This document shows, one piece after another, positions 18,490 to 27,228 of a stretch of DNA of 64,000 nucleotides. The first letter of the stretch is position 1. The number at the start of each line of letters is the position of its first letter. Position numbers and translations under genes: made by a program. The stretch covers positions 12,526 to 76,525 of the forward strand of contig JBMNRW010000001.1 of the NCBI GenBank assembly GCA_050944875.1, written 5' to 3'. Source of the DNA: Patescibacteria group bacterium. GTDB lineage: Bacteria; Patescibacteriota; UBA1384; JACPKC01. The notes under the pieces were generated by a model. It searched no databases and was not told where the DNA came from. It worked only from the letters and a program-made list of their open reading frames with translations.

Positions 18490-19431
18490 TTAGTAGATGT
18501 ACCCACGGATCGCACCGCTGTCCGCGCTTATGCGGCGGGTGTTCGTGCGGTTCCAGCCGCTGTAGTTCATCTCTGAAATGACGATCTCATCGCCCTCGAC
18601 GGCCTCGACGTAGGCGACGTGGCCGATCGGCCCTTCTGACGTCACCACGGCGGCGCCAGGTCGCGGCGCGCTACCAGTAGCGAGGCCGGTGTTCCAGGCG
18701 CTCGAGAGCCAGGCGTTCGCGTTACCGAGCTGGTTCGGGAGGTCTGGCCGCTTTGCCTTTACCCACCAGGTGCAGTAGCCGTAGGCGTACGTATTCCCCG
18801 GTGAAGCAACTCCTTGCCGAGCGGTCGGCGTGACCTGCTGCCGGGCAGTCGTCGTCGCACGCGTTGAGCGGCGGGCGGTTTGCACTTGGCGTTGCGCTTC
18901 GGCGCGGGCAATCGCGGCGCGCTGCTGCCGTTCTCGTTCGAGGCGAGCACGTTCCGCGGCTTCGCGAGCTTCCTGCTCCTTGAGCTCACGCTCAGGGAGT
19001 CCGATCTCGGTCGCGAGGATGAGTGGCTTTGGCGAGACGCCGTCGGCGGTGAGCGATGCGACGAGCTCAGTGTGCACCGCTGCCGGTTCTGCCGTGAGTT
19101 CGATCGCTGCGGTCTCGGGCTCGCTCGACACTACGGCAGCCTGCGCTTCTACTGCTGGATTGAGCGTCACCATGAGGACGGCGGCAAGCCCGGCACGAGC
19201 GCCGTTCATGAGGCTCGGGCCGTAGAGTTTCTTCCGTACCCACAGCCAGCGACGTCCGCTCGCTGTTGTTCCCTCTGCCCAATCACGGACTGCCGCGACC
19301 ACGAGGTCGCCGTTCGTCGTGCGGGTCTTCTGTCCCGTTCGTGCGAGCCCATTCCTTTGTGTGCTCGCCCGGACGGGCTGTCGTATCAGCGGAGGCTCCG
19401 CTGCAGCTGGTACTTGAGCGATTGACGACAT
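18490..19431 (-). CDS. CHAP-domain peptidoglycan hydrolase.
   Basis: The C-terminus GNTYAYGYCTWWV...GHVAYVEAVEGDEIVISEMNY carries a CHAP Cys/His. The N-terminus is a TM segment plus a coiled-coil. The start is at MSSIA (aaggag RBS); an alternative start is at 19446. Confidence 0.75.
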   Translation of the reverse strand: MSSIAQVPAAAEPPLIRQPVRASTQRNGLARTGQKTRTTNGDLVVAAVRDWAEGTTASGRRWLWVRKKLYGPSLMNGARAGLAAVLMVTLNPAVEAQAAVVSSEPETAAIELTAEPAAVHTELVASLTADGVSPKPLILATEIGLPERELKEQEAREAAERARLERERQQRAAIARAEAQRQVQTARRSTRATTTARQQVTPTARQGVASPGNTYAYGYCTWWVKAKRPDLPNQLGNANAWLSSAWNTGLATGSAPRPGAAVVTSEGPIGHVAYVEAVEGDEIVISEMNYSGWNRTNTRRISADSGAIRGYIY

Positions 19432-19610
19432 CGTCAACTCCTTCATTACCCCACGCTGCTGCACTACTCCCCTACTTCCTCCCGTGGCATGCGTCATCCC
19501 CGCGTGGGCGGGCAACAAAAATGACTACCAGCGGAAGTCACGTAGTCGAGTCTAGCAGAGCCTATTTACCTGTCAAGCAACCACTATCAACAGGTTTGGA
19601 ATAGTTTGAT

Positions 19611-20255
19611 TTATTTCCAGTTATTTCCGAGGACGACGAGCAGCTTTGCCGGAGCGGCAATCGTGCTCTCCTCCTGGATGATGCTTGTCTCGCCTAGAGC
19701 TTTGACAAGTTCAACCGCTACTTCGCGGTGTCCGGGCGCGTAGTAGATGGTCGTACGGTCGTACGCGGAACGGGCATTGCCGACCGTGAGGACGGTGTAC
19801 CCTTCCTGTTCGAGCGCGGTTTTAAGCGTCCCAGCGGCTCCCTGCGGCGCGCCACCGTTTAGAATGCGGACCGTTGCGGATTGTGCCGGTTTTTCGGTTG
19901 GCGTAGGTGCTGCCTTGTTCGGTTCTGGCTGCGGTGCGCTCCCGGAACGCTGGTCGTCGAGGACGACGAGCTCGCTCGGGTCGTTCGTGCTCGGTTCGGG
20001 AAGCGATGGTAACGTCGTGTCTTCCGTGGGAACACCCACTGAGTCGCGAGCGATCGTCTCCGGCTGTTCGTCGCCGGGCAGTCCGCCGAGCGCGATGACG
20101 CCGAACGTGCCGAGTGCTAGGACTAAAAGGAAGCCGATGAAACTCCCGCCGCGACGCCTGGGCGCTCGCCTCGACTGCGACGGAGCTCCTGCGGGCGCTG
20201 GGCGCGGTGCAGGAGCTCGTCTGGGGGTGCCTGAGATGCCGTCGAGCGAAGCCAT
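19611..20255 (-). CDS. LytR_C-domain membrane protein.
   Basis: TM helix, then VRILNGGAPQGAAGTLKTALEQEGYTV...IYYAPGHREVAVELVKAL matches LytR_C. The N-terminus is uncertain; the ORF is open to 20396. Confidence 0.6.
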   Translation of the reverse strand: MASLDGISGTPRRAPAPRPAPAGAPSQSRRAPRRRGGSFIGFLLVLALGTFGVIALGGLPGDEQPETIARDSVGVPTEDTTLPSLPEPSTNDPSELVVLDDQRSGSAPQPEPNKAAPTPTEKPAQSATVRILNGGAPQGAAGTLKTALEQEGYTVLTVGNARSAYDRTTIYYAPGHREVAVELVKALGETSIIQEESTIAAPAKLLVVLGNNWK

Positions 20256-20281
20256 AGTACTAGTATACCGCGCTTCGGGCC

Positions 20282-20494
20282 TTAGTGGTGGAGTTGGTTC
20301 GGTCGTGGCTCCTGCCACCGGGCAACGTGGGCGGCGCGCTGCTCGACGTCGTGGGGGATGTTCTGGGTCGCGGGGTTTAAGGGGCCGGTCTGCCACTTGT
20401 CGTACAGGCGGCCGTACCGCTTCTCGAAGAACCCTTCTTTGCGCGGTGCGTTGTACCGCGACTTGACGGGTTGCTTGCGACTCATGCTCTTCAC
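20282..20494 (-). CDS. Small basic hypothetical protein (about 67-70 aa).
   Basis: A strong gggaggaggtg RBS precedes MSRKQPVKSRYNAPRKEGFFEKRYGRLYDKWQTGP.... Confidence 0.5.
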   Translation of the reverse strand: MKSMSRKQPVKSRYNAPRKEGFFEKRYGRLYDKWQTGPLNPATQNIPHDVEQRAAHVARWQEPRPNQLHH

Positions 20495-20507
20495 CTCCTC
20501 CCGAGTG

Positions 20508-21119
20508 CTAGTTGGCGAATGAGAGCTGGCGGATTACGCCGAGTACCTTGCCCTGGATGCTCGCCTTGTCGGTGTAGATCGGTCGGTACTTCGGGTTGGC
20601 CGGCTGGAGCCGGATCCTCCCCTTCTCCTTGTAGAAGCGCTTGAGCGTCACGTTCTCCTCCTCGAGGAGCGCGACGACGATGTCGCCGTTCTTCGGTCGG
20701 TCCGTGCGCTGGATGACGACGTAGTCGCCGTCGAGAATGCCGTCGTCCACCATGGAGTCCCCGCTCACCTTGAGGGCGAAGACGTCGCGACCCATCATGG
20801 ACCGTGGTATATCGATTGTCTCACTTGTTCGGATGGCGGCAATGGGCGACCCAGCGGCAATCGCGCCCATGAGCGGGATCTCGTACGCGCGCTCGTCCCA
20901 GGTGGGGGTGAGCTGCAGGGAGCGGGCTTCGAGCGGATCTTTCTCGAGGTGGCCTTTCTCCTGCAGGGCGCCGATGTGCTCGGCAACAGTCGCGACAGAT
21001 TTGAGCCCGAAGTGCTCGGCGATTTCCCGGTAGCTCGGCGCGTACCCGTGGTCCTCGATGTAGCCGCGGATGTAATCGAGAATGTTCTTCTGTTTTGGGG
21101 TGAGACTCGCTGTGCCCAT
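20508..21119 (-). CDS. lexA: LexA repressor.
   Basis: N-terminal winged HTH and S24 peptidase motifs VSGDSMVDDGILDGDYVVI and GKVLGVIR, including the Ser/Lys dyad. Confidence 0.95.
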   Translation of the reverse strand: MGTASLTPKQKNILDYIRGYIEDHGYAPSYREIAEHFGLKSVATVAEHIGALQEKGHLEKDPLEARSLQLTPTWDERAYEIPLMGAIAAGSPIAAIRTSETIDIPRSMMGRDVFALKVSGDSMVDDGILDGDYVVIQRTDRPKNGDIVVALLEEENVTLKRFYKEKGRIRLQPANPKYRPIYTDKASIQGKVLGVIRQLSFAN

Positions 21120-21128
21120 AGCACCTCC

Positions 21129-21160
21129 TTCGTCAGTCTAATCCGAACAAAGACCGTACA
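21129..21160. promoter_or_regulatory. Conserved operator-like motif A upstream of lexA (candidate SOS box).
   Basis: ccgaacaaagaccgtacacaatgtggataacg matches motif B at 22812-22843 at 26 of 32 positions. It contains the inverted repeat ACACA-a-TGTGG, a GAAC-N7-GTAC direct repeat and a DnaA-box-like TGTGGATAA. Confidence 0.55.
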
Positions 21161-21210
21161 CAATGTGGATAACGATTTTTGCTGTCAAGCGCGGGGGGTT
21201 GTGGATTGTT

Positions 21211-22521
21211 TCACGTCATCGGGAATGGAGCGGGGTTCGGCGGCTCGGGGCTGAATCGACGCTGTCGGCCGTCCGGGACGACGTGGTGGCGGATCGCCCG
21301 GGTGAGGCCGCTCGTCACCGCCCGGCTACCAAAGCGTTCCCGGATGCGGTCGACCGCTCGGGTAAGGAGCGTTGACCGCTCCGGACCGAAGAGCGACTGC
21401 GGCGTGCTCGTTCGGGGCGTGAGCTCGCTGACCGTGAGCGCCGGCATCCGGACTCGTGTCTCAGTCGTGAGCGCATCGAGGTCGTCGAGGACGGCGTCTC
21501 GGACGAGCTGCATCGCCGCAGTGAAGACGTCCTGGTCCGACTCAAGTCGACGGGTTGTCCGTTGGCTCGCCTGCCAGCTCGGTGCCCCGGTCCGGCGGAA
21601 GTAGAGTGTGAGGCGCTGGGCGACGAACCCGCGTCGCCGCATGCGGCTCGCGACCCGTTCGGCGAGCCATATGAGCGTCGGCTCGAGTGCGCGGACCGGG
21701 GTGTCAGCCGGAAGCGTGTACTGGTGGCCGATCGACCGCTCAGCACGGGCTGCCCAGTGCGGGACGACCGGGCTCGGATCAACCCCCTGTCCGACGAGCC
21801 AGAGCTCCCGCTCGTACGGGAAGACCAAGGTGCGGAGCTCATCGAGCGTGCACTCGGCAAGATCCTGGAGCGTGTGGACGCCGCCGCCGCGGAGCCGTCG
21901 GCCGAGCCGCGGCCCGATGCCAGCGAGCTCTTCGATATCGGTTGCGGCGTAGTGGGCGCCACGGGTGCGGGCACGAACGCCGAGCGTCTCGAACGCCTGG
22001 ACGAGTTCGTGCTCGTGGTCGTCGAGGAGCGCGACAACGCCGTCCGGCTTCATGGACTCGCTCGCGAGCTTTGCGAGACGCTTGTTATGTGCGATGCCTA
22101 CCGAGGCGGTGAGAACAGGGCCGAGCGCGTGGCGGAGCCGGGCCTTGAGCGTCCGGACGAGCGAGGTGATGTCGGCGGGCGTGAGCCGGCGGTCGAGCTC
22201 GACGAACGCTTCGTCGATCGAGAAGATCTCGACGTACGGCGAGAGCGTGTCGAGGAGGCCGAAGAGCCGTTCGCTGTACGCGCGGTACTTCGGGTAGTCG
22301 GGTTCGACGATCTGGAGTTCGGGACAGCGCTGAACTGCTTCGCTCGCGCTCATGCCGGTTTTGACGCCTCGTGCCTTCGTCTCGCGCGACGCTGCCGCGA
22401 TGACCGATCGGGTGCCCGGTTTGCCCCCGACGCCGACTGCTCGGCCGCGGAGTAGCGGATTGCACTGCTGCTCGACAGAGGCGAAGTAGCTATTCATGTC
22501 GACGTGGAGGACCCAGCGCAT
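21211..22521 (-). CDS. dinB: Y-family DNA polymerase (DinB/Pol IV-like).
   Basis: HVDMNSYFASVE and SIDEAF catalytic motifs, with a little-finger domain. Confidence 0.85.
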   Translation of the reverse strand: MRWVLHVDMNSYFASVEQQCNPLLRGRAVGVGGKPGTRSVIAAASRETKARGVKTGMSASEAVQRCPELQIVEPDYPKYRAYSERLFGLLDTLSPYVEIFSIDEAFVELDRRLTPADITSLVRTLKARLRHALGPVLTASVGIAHNKRLAKLASESMKPDGVVALLDDHEHELVQAFETLGVRARTRGAHYAATDIEELAGIGPRLGRRLRGGGVHTLQDLAECTLDELRTLVFPYERELWLVGQGVDPSPVVPHWAARAERSIGHQYTLPADTPVRALEPTLIWLAERVASRMRRRGFVAQRLTLYFRRTGAPSWQASQRTTRRLESDQDVFTAAMQLVRDAVLDDLDALTTETRVRMPALTVSELTPRTSTPQSLFGPERSTLLTRAVDRIRERFGSRAVTSGLTRAIRHHVVPDGRQRRFSPEPPNPAPFPMT

Positions 22522-22523
22522 AT

Positions 22524-22781
22524 CTACCGCCTCGCGCCCGTTGGCGCGTCGATCGCCGTGAGGTTTGCCTCAAGCGTTTCGCCGTTCCACTCAAGAATGT
22601 AGACGTTTCTTGCGGCGCTCACCGACCATTGGTAGATCGTGGCCTGCCCCTCGCGGACGCGGTGGTAGCCGTGGATCGCGTCGATTTTGTACGTGCGGCC
22701 GGCGTACCGAAAGAGGTGCGGCCGGGCGTGGCCGTCCTGGAAGATCGTGACGATGTCGATCGGCGTGCGGAGCATTTCCAT
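22524..22781 (-). CDS. Small protein co-transcribed with the Y-family polymerase.
   Basis: An aaaggaggtggg RBS precedes MEMLRTPIDIVTIFQDGHARPHLFRYAG.... Its stop overlaps the dinB start (ATGA coupling). It may be a YolD/UmuD-like accessory factor. Confidence 0.55.
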   Translation of the reverse strand: MEMLRTPIDIVTIFQDGHARPHLFRYAGRTYKIDAIHGYHRVREGQATIYQWSVSAARNVYILEWNGETLEANLTAIDAPTGARR

Positions 22782-22811
22782 CCCACCTCCTTTTCCTACG
22801 TATGCATCGTA

Positions 22812-22843
22812 TACCAAACAAAGACCGAACACACTGTGGATAG
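22812..22843. promoter_or_regulatory. Conserved operator-like motif B between the divergent dinB operon and the 22859-26622 operon.
   Basis: ccaaacaaagaccgaacacactgtggatagtg is the second copy of the lexA-upstream motif. It lies about 30 nt upstream of the small-protein start and about 15-40 nt upstream of the plus-strand operon. Confidence 0.55.
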
Positions 22844-22858
22844 TGCATCGGCTGAGAA

Positions 22859-23239
22859 GTGTGTTCTAAGGCGATCTTCGAAATCATGGGCGCCTATCCG
22901 GCGCTCGGTTTCGAGCAGCTCCATCGCTTTCTCTGTGAAGTGGCGAACGACGATATTGACGAGCTTCTCGCGTTCTTCGCCCACGACGAGGTCAATGAGT
23001 GGTACTACCGTGCCATTCCGGACAAGCGCCAGCGGTTCGTGGAGGCGATGGGTCACACTATCCGCCTCGCCTATCATGGCAACCTCGCCCTGGCGAACCG
23101 GGATCTCGAGGACGACATCGCTCAGTGGAATGAGCGGACGGGGTTGGTGCCGCGTCCGCAGCGCACGCGCCTCATGCACGAGGCTGCGCTCATGCGGCGT
23201 GAGGCCAACCGCGGGTACTACCGAGGGAGGTGGGAGTAA
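22859..23239 (+). CDS. Hypothetical protein, first gene of the candidate SOS-controlled operon.
   Basis: 126-aa ORF directly downstream of motif B, with no recognisable domain. Confidence 0.5.
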   Translation: MCSKAIFEIMGAYPALGFEQLHRFLCEVANDDIDELLAFFAHDEVNEWYYRAIPDKRQRFVEAMGHTIRLAYHGNLALANRDLEDDIAQWNERTGLVPRPQRTRLMHEAALMRREANRGYYRGRWE

Positions 23240-24678
23240 TGTCCGGCATTGACTTCGATAAGCTCTTGCCGCCACCCTGGAAGGAGAACCCGCTCGCGGT
23301 CTTCGGGTTTACGCCCGAGACCGTCCGGTCTGTCCAGGATCGGCCACAGGTGCTGGCGCAGATGGCGCGCATTACGAAGCGCGCCCTCATGCTGGCGCAC
23401 CACGCCGACCACACGGGTTCGAAAGGGAAGGCACAGGCGCTTAACGACGCCCAGACCTACCTCGAGGATCCGTACTGGCAGCGGACGATCGTCAAGGAGT
23501 TCCTTCAGCATGAAGGTAGTGCGAACTACCGGACGCGCAAGCGACTGAAGGAGCTCGAGGAGACGATTGCCGTCCTCGCCCAGGAGCTCGACGAGCTCCA
23601 GACGGGTGGACACGGTTCGCCAATACTTCAGCAGGCGCCCAACGGAAAGGTTGTCAGTGGCGCGTCGCACCCGCTTTGGGTTGCGAGCGCACTACACCTC
23701 AACGGGAAAGCGCCCGACTACGTCCAGGATCATGCGCTTCTCCCCCATGTCCTGCCGGCGCTCGTCGTCGTGAAGGAGGTGGGGAAATCGGGAGCCATGC
23801 ACCTCTACTTCATCGAGGAAGAGTTCGGCTCTGTCATTAAGGTGGCAGACTGTTCTCACTCCTCGACTACCTCCCCGACGCAGCTCCTGACGGACTTCGT
23901 GGCGAAAGAACTCAAGGCGTTGGCGCCGAAGCCCGAGCAGATCGAGCGCTACCTCACGATGTTGAGGACTGGCATCCGGGAGCTTGGGCGTTGGAAAGAG
24001 TATCTGGATCAGGGAGAGTTCTTTCGGCTCCAGCAGCTCCGCCGACGCGTCTGGTGGCCGCAGCTCGATGAGCTGGCGTTTGCGGAGCTCATGTATGCAC
24101 CATGCAGGGAAGCTCGTCCTGAAGACGTGCGGGCCTACGGCGAGCTCGAGGCGCAGAAGCTCTTGTCGAAGAAGCTCGACCTTATTCCCGGCCGTACCAT
24201 TGGTCCGAAGACCAAGGAGCACATGGAGACGCAGGTGTTGCCTGCGCTCATTCAGTCGTTCCTCAATCGGATCGAAGAGGCGGGTCGGGGTGGTGGCGGA
24301 CAGAGATTTCTGTTCGGCACCACTGAGCGTCGAAGGCTTACGCTCAAGCGGCTTCGGGCGCGACTCAAGCCGGTTCGCACCGGCGATATGATTGCCCTAG
24401 GCTCTCTGCCACTTGCCGACTACCAGTCGGTGAAGAAGTGGAGTGCGTACAAGGGCAGTGGTATCGCCGTCGATACGGTGAGTGCGGCGTTTCCGACGCT
24501 TCGGCCAACACTGACTACCGACCACGTCCTCGTTCAGCACAGCTGGGCGATGACGTTCGGGAGAGTGCCAGGTGCTTCGCCGTACGTGAAGCTTGCGCCG
24601 CTTGGACAGATCCAGGCGGTGCAGCGTATCGACGACGAGCTCCTGACAAGTCTCGAAGTCAGACTCTACCCGGCGTGA
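23239..24678 (+). CDS. Hypothetical protein (479 aa) with a weak J-domain-like N-terminus.
   Basis: A gggaggtggg RBS precedes an ATG that overlaps the upstream stop. The N-terminus LAVFGFTPETVRSVQDRPQVLAQMARITKRALMLAHHADHTG...YLEDP loosely resembles a J domain, with HPD replaced by HAD. The rest includes coiled-coil stretches. Confidence 0.55.
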   Translation: MSGIDFDKLLPPPWKENPLAVFGFTPETVRSVQDRPQVLAQMARITKRALMLAHHADHTGSKGKAQALNDAQTYLEDPYWQRTIVKEFLQHEGSANYRTRKRLKELEETIAVLAQELDELQTGGHGSPILQQAPNGKVVSGASHPLWVASALHLNGKAPDYVQDHALLPHVLPALVVVKEVGKSGAMHLYFIEEEFGSVIKVADCSHSSTTSPTQLLTDFVAKELKALAPKPEQIERYLTMLRTGIRELGRWKEYLDQGEFFRLQQLRRRVWWPQLDELAFAELMYAPCREARPEDVRAYGELEAQKLLSKKLDLIPGRTIGPKTKEHMETQVLPALIQSFLNRIEEAGRGGGGQRFLFGTTERRRLTLKRLRARLKPVRTGDMIALGSLPLADYQSVKKWSAYKGSGIAVDTVSAAFPTLRPTLTTDHVLVQHSWAMTFGRVPGASPYVKLAPLGQIQAVQRIDDELLTSLEVRLYPA

Positions 24679-24756
24679 GTCGGTTGGGCTTCGGCCCGCC
24701 GGCTCGCGCCGGTTCGCATAGATTGACTACTGAAAAACAAAGGAGGGCCTTGCGCT

Positions 24757-24921
24757 ATGGCGAAGGCAATGAAGTGGAGGAGTGACCACTCCTACCCCGA
24801 TGACTGTCATGACCTCGTGGTCGTGCTGTCGGGGGTTGAGCAGGTCACCGGCGTCTACCCTGGTAAGATCGATCCCCGGGCGCCGCGCTCGTCGCGGCCC
24901 TGGGTGCGGCTGCGACTTTGA
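24757..24921 (+). CDS. Candidate 54-aa small protein.
   Basis: An aaggaggg RBS lies 9 nt upstream of the ATG. The product MAKAMKWRSDHSYPDDCHDLVVVLSGVEQVTGVYPGKIDPRAPRSSRPWVRLRL is below the ORF-track cut-off. Confidence 0.3.
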   Translation: MAKAMKWRSDHSYPDDCHDLVVVLSGVEQVTGVYPGKIDPRAPRSSRPWVRLRL

Positions 24922-24990
24922 GAGAAGAACCTCGTCGTCCGCAGCTGTTTTTCCGGTGCTGTTTCAACCTTCAACGTCTATGTCGAGGAT

Positions 24991-26622
24991 TTGAACCTCG
25001 GCTACGCGGACGTCCACGCTACGCTCATCCGTTTCTGCTTGCAGGAGCGGGTTGACTATCGATTTACCGATAGCGGAGACGACGAGGAAGACGTTGCGGC
25101 TGTGGAGCGGGCGCAGCAGGGCTTCGATAAGCTCGTGGAGACCTTCGGGGCTCTGCGTGCGAAGATCGACGTGCTCTGCGTGCAGTTCCCCTTCCTTGCG
25201 CCGATCCTCACTCCGTTCGCGCTTCTGCTGGCCGGTCTGTCTGGCCGTCAGGGCGTGGACGCTGAGGTCCAGCTGGATGAGATCGCCGAACGCATGAAGG
25301 AACTCCACTTGGAGTTCGAGAAGGTGCAGGCCGCGGTTCCGCAGCAGGACTTCGAGGAGCTCGTGAAGCTTTCGAAGGAGCAGCACGCCCAGTACGAGAA
25401 GGAGCTCGGTGAAATCCGTACGCTTCTCTCTGTAGCTCAGTCCAAGGCGGAGCGTCTGCAGGCGGTTGAGCGCGAGCTCGCGTCCTTGCAGCGGGAAGTC
25501 AAGGCACTGCGCACTGCTAAGGCGGAGCTCCTCGAACAGAAGCATGAGCTCGAGCGTCAGAAGGCCGAGCTTGAGCCGAAGGCACGGATGCTCCCGGTCG
25601 TCGAGAGTAAGGTCAAGGAATTGACCGAGGCGATCGAGGAGTATATGGGCGAGGAGCAGGAGGACGTGACGGTCCGGAAGCTCCAGCTATTTGAGCAGGG
25701 CCTCGGTCGGTACCAGCGGAGCTACGAGGACGGGCAGAAGAAGCTCGTCCCGCAGCTTCAGCTGCTGACGACTGGCCTGAACAGCTGCCAGGAAGCGTTC
25801 GATCGATTCGAGCGTGGATTGGCCGATTACACCCGGCAGCATCGTGAGCTCCTTTCGGAGATTCGGTCGCTGTCCGAGCAGGCGCTCGAGTGTCCTGAAG
25901 CTGAAGAGTCCCTGAAGGCTGCGTTCCAGCGCCTCAATGGACTCAAGAAGCCCGACGGATCGCTCGAGGATCTGCGTACGAAGCTCGGGCAGCAGCGCCT
26001 TGCGCAGCAGCGGTGCGAGCGCGATTTGCTTGAGTGTGGTCAGGCGCTTCAGTTTATCGGCAAGCAGCGTGAGTTGCTTGAGTCGGTGAACCGCTTCCTG
26101 ACTGCGCTGCCTGAGCGCTTCGACGATTGGTGGGTGTCGCAGTGTTCTAGTATGCGGGCAGCTACCACACTGGTGCCTGAGGCTGAAGCGCCTGCGGAAT
26201 CCGGCGGAGTTCCCCGTCAGCAGTGGTCGACGAAGCTCCTGGAGATGTCGGTTGGTGTACCGCTCGGCGTCCTCTTCGCTCGTGATCGCTTCGACCTGAA
26301 GATGATCCGAGATAAGGAGTCTCGAGAGGCCCACCTTCGGCTCGTGAACCAGGGCGTTGACGTCCGCTGGCTCCTCCGCTGCTTCTTGCCTGGCGAGGTG
26401 GTGACGGCAGAAGTGATCGGCAACCGCATTGCCACGGAGCTACAGGTGCATCCGGGACGGAAGGCGCCTTACCTCAAGGTAGCGCACGGTCTGTTCCCTG
26501 GCCTCATCGAGTGCAAACTGCGTGGCCAGGGCGGAGTGCTCTCGGATGAGTGCGCCGGGCCGATCGCCCGCTTGATCGAACACCGGGTTGGCCAGATGAA
26601 GAACTGGCTCAACCGGGACTAA
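24991..26622 (+). CDS. Large coiled-coil hypothetical protein (about 540 aa).
   Basis: Extended heptad-rich central region (ELGEIRTLLSVAQSKAERLQAVERELASLQREVKALRTAKAELLEQKHELERQKAELE). The annotated start is a TTG, so the true start is uncertain. Confidence 0.55.
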   Translation: MNLGYADVHATLIRFCLQERVDYRFTDSGDDEEDVAAVERAQQGFDKLVETFGALRAKIDVLCVQFPFLAPILTPFALLLAGLSGRQGVDAEVQLDEIAERMKELHLEFEKVQAAVPQQDFEELVKLSKEQHAQYEKELGEIRTLLSVAQSKAERLQAVERELASLQREVKALRTAKAELLEQKHELERQKAELEPKARMLPVVESKVKELTEAIEEYMGEEQEDVTVRKLQLFEQGLGRYQRSYEDGQKKLVPQLQLLTTGLNSCQEAFDRFERGLADYTRQHRELLSEIRSLSEQALECPEAEESLKAAFQRLNGLKKPDGSLEDLRTKLGQQRLAQQRCERDLLECGQALQFIGKQRELLESVNRFLTALPERFDDWWVSQCSSMRAATTLVPEAEAPAESGGVPRQQWSTKLLEMSVGVPLGVLFARDRFDLKMIRDKESREAHLRLVNQGVDVRWLLRCFLPGEVVTAEVIGNRIATELQVHPGRKAPYLKVAHGLFPGLIECKLRGQGGVLSDECAGPIARLIEHRVGQMKNWLNRD

Positions 26623-26674
26623 CACGCTTCTAGATGCGATATGGTTAGTCTGTATCGCACGTAGAAGCCAACTC

Positions 26675-26729
26675 AAAAGACCGGTTCTAACACCCTGCTT
26701 CCAGCAGGGCTAGTTGGGCCGGTCTTTTT
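26675..26729. terminator. Bidirectional intrinsic terminator.
   Basis: aaaagaccgg...ccctgct-tcc-agcaggg...ccggtcttttt forms nested stems with T-runs on both strands, between convergent genes. Confidence 0.6.
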
Positions 26730-26736
26730 CGTGTGC

Positions 26737-27228
26737 CTACTTTTCGTTCCACCGGATCCAGGAGAGGGCGATGCCGAAGGCGACGGCGGCGTTCAGGGAT
26801 TCCTTCTTGCCGTGCATCGGGAGCTGGGCGCGGACATCCGCCAGGCGGAGCGTTGATTCGGTGACGCCGTACAGCTCGTTCCCGACGACGAGCGCGACCT
26901 TGTCGGGCCGCTCCACTCCCCTGCTCCACTCGACGAGCGACACGGCGTCTGTCGTCTGCTCGAGTGCGACGATCGTGAAGCCGTCCGCTTTGAGCTCGTA
27001 GAGGAGCGCTTTGGTATCCTCGCGCTTCGTCCAGGGCAGGATGTCCTCGGTGCCGAGCGCGGTTTTCGCCACACGGGTCCGCACGATTGGTTCGTTGAGG
27101 CCGCGGTGGCCGCCCGTGAAGCCTGCGAGGTAGAGGTGCTCGACGCCCAAGCCCTCGGCCGTTCGAAACGCTGCCCCGACGTTGTAGAGGCTACGGAGAT
27201 TCTCGAGGACAGCGACAATTCGTCTCAT
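26737..27228 (-). CDS. SpoU/TrmH-family RNA 2'-O-methyltransferase.
   Basis: RRIVAVLENLRSLYNVGAAFRTAEGLGV...LVVGNELYGV...ESLNAAVAFGIAL are SPOUT motifs. Confidence 0.8.
   Translation of the reverse strand: MRRIVAVLENLRSLYNVGAAFRTAEGLGVEHLYLAGFTGGHRGLNEPIVRTRVAKTALGTEDILPWTKREDTKALLYELKADGFTIVALEQTTDAVSLVEWSRGVERPDKVALVVGNELYGVTESTLRLADVRAQLPMHGKKESLNAAVAFGIALSWIRWNEK

Noticed and set aside
21562-22455. 297-aa plus-strand ORF antisense to dinB, and the many similar long antisense ORFs (e.g. 4918-6159, 10598-11740, 27656-28987, 37633-38697, 52364-53392, 61894-62832).
   Set aside because: These are high-GC shadow ORFs lying entirely inside well-supported genes on the opposite strand. They have no RBS and their products are low-complexity Arg/Ala/Pro-rich.
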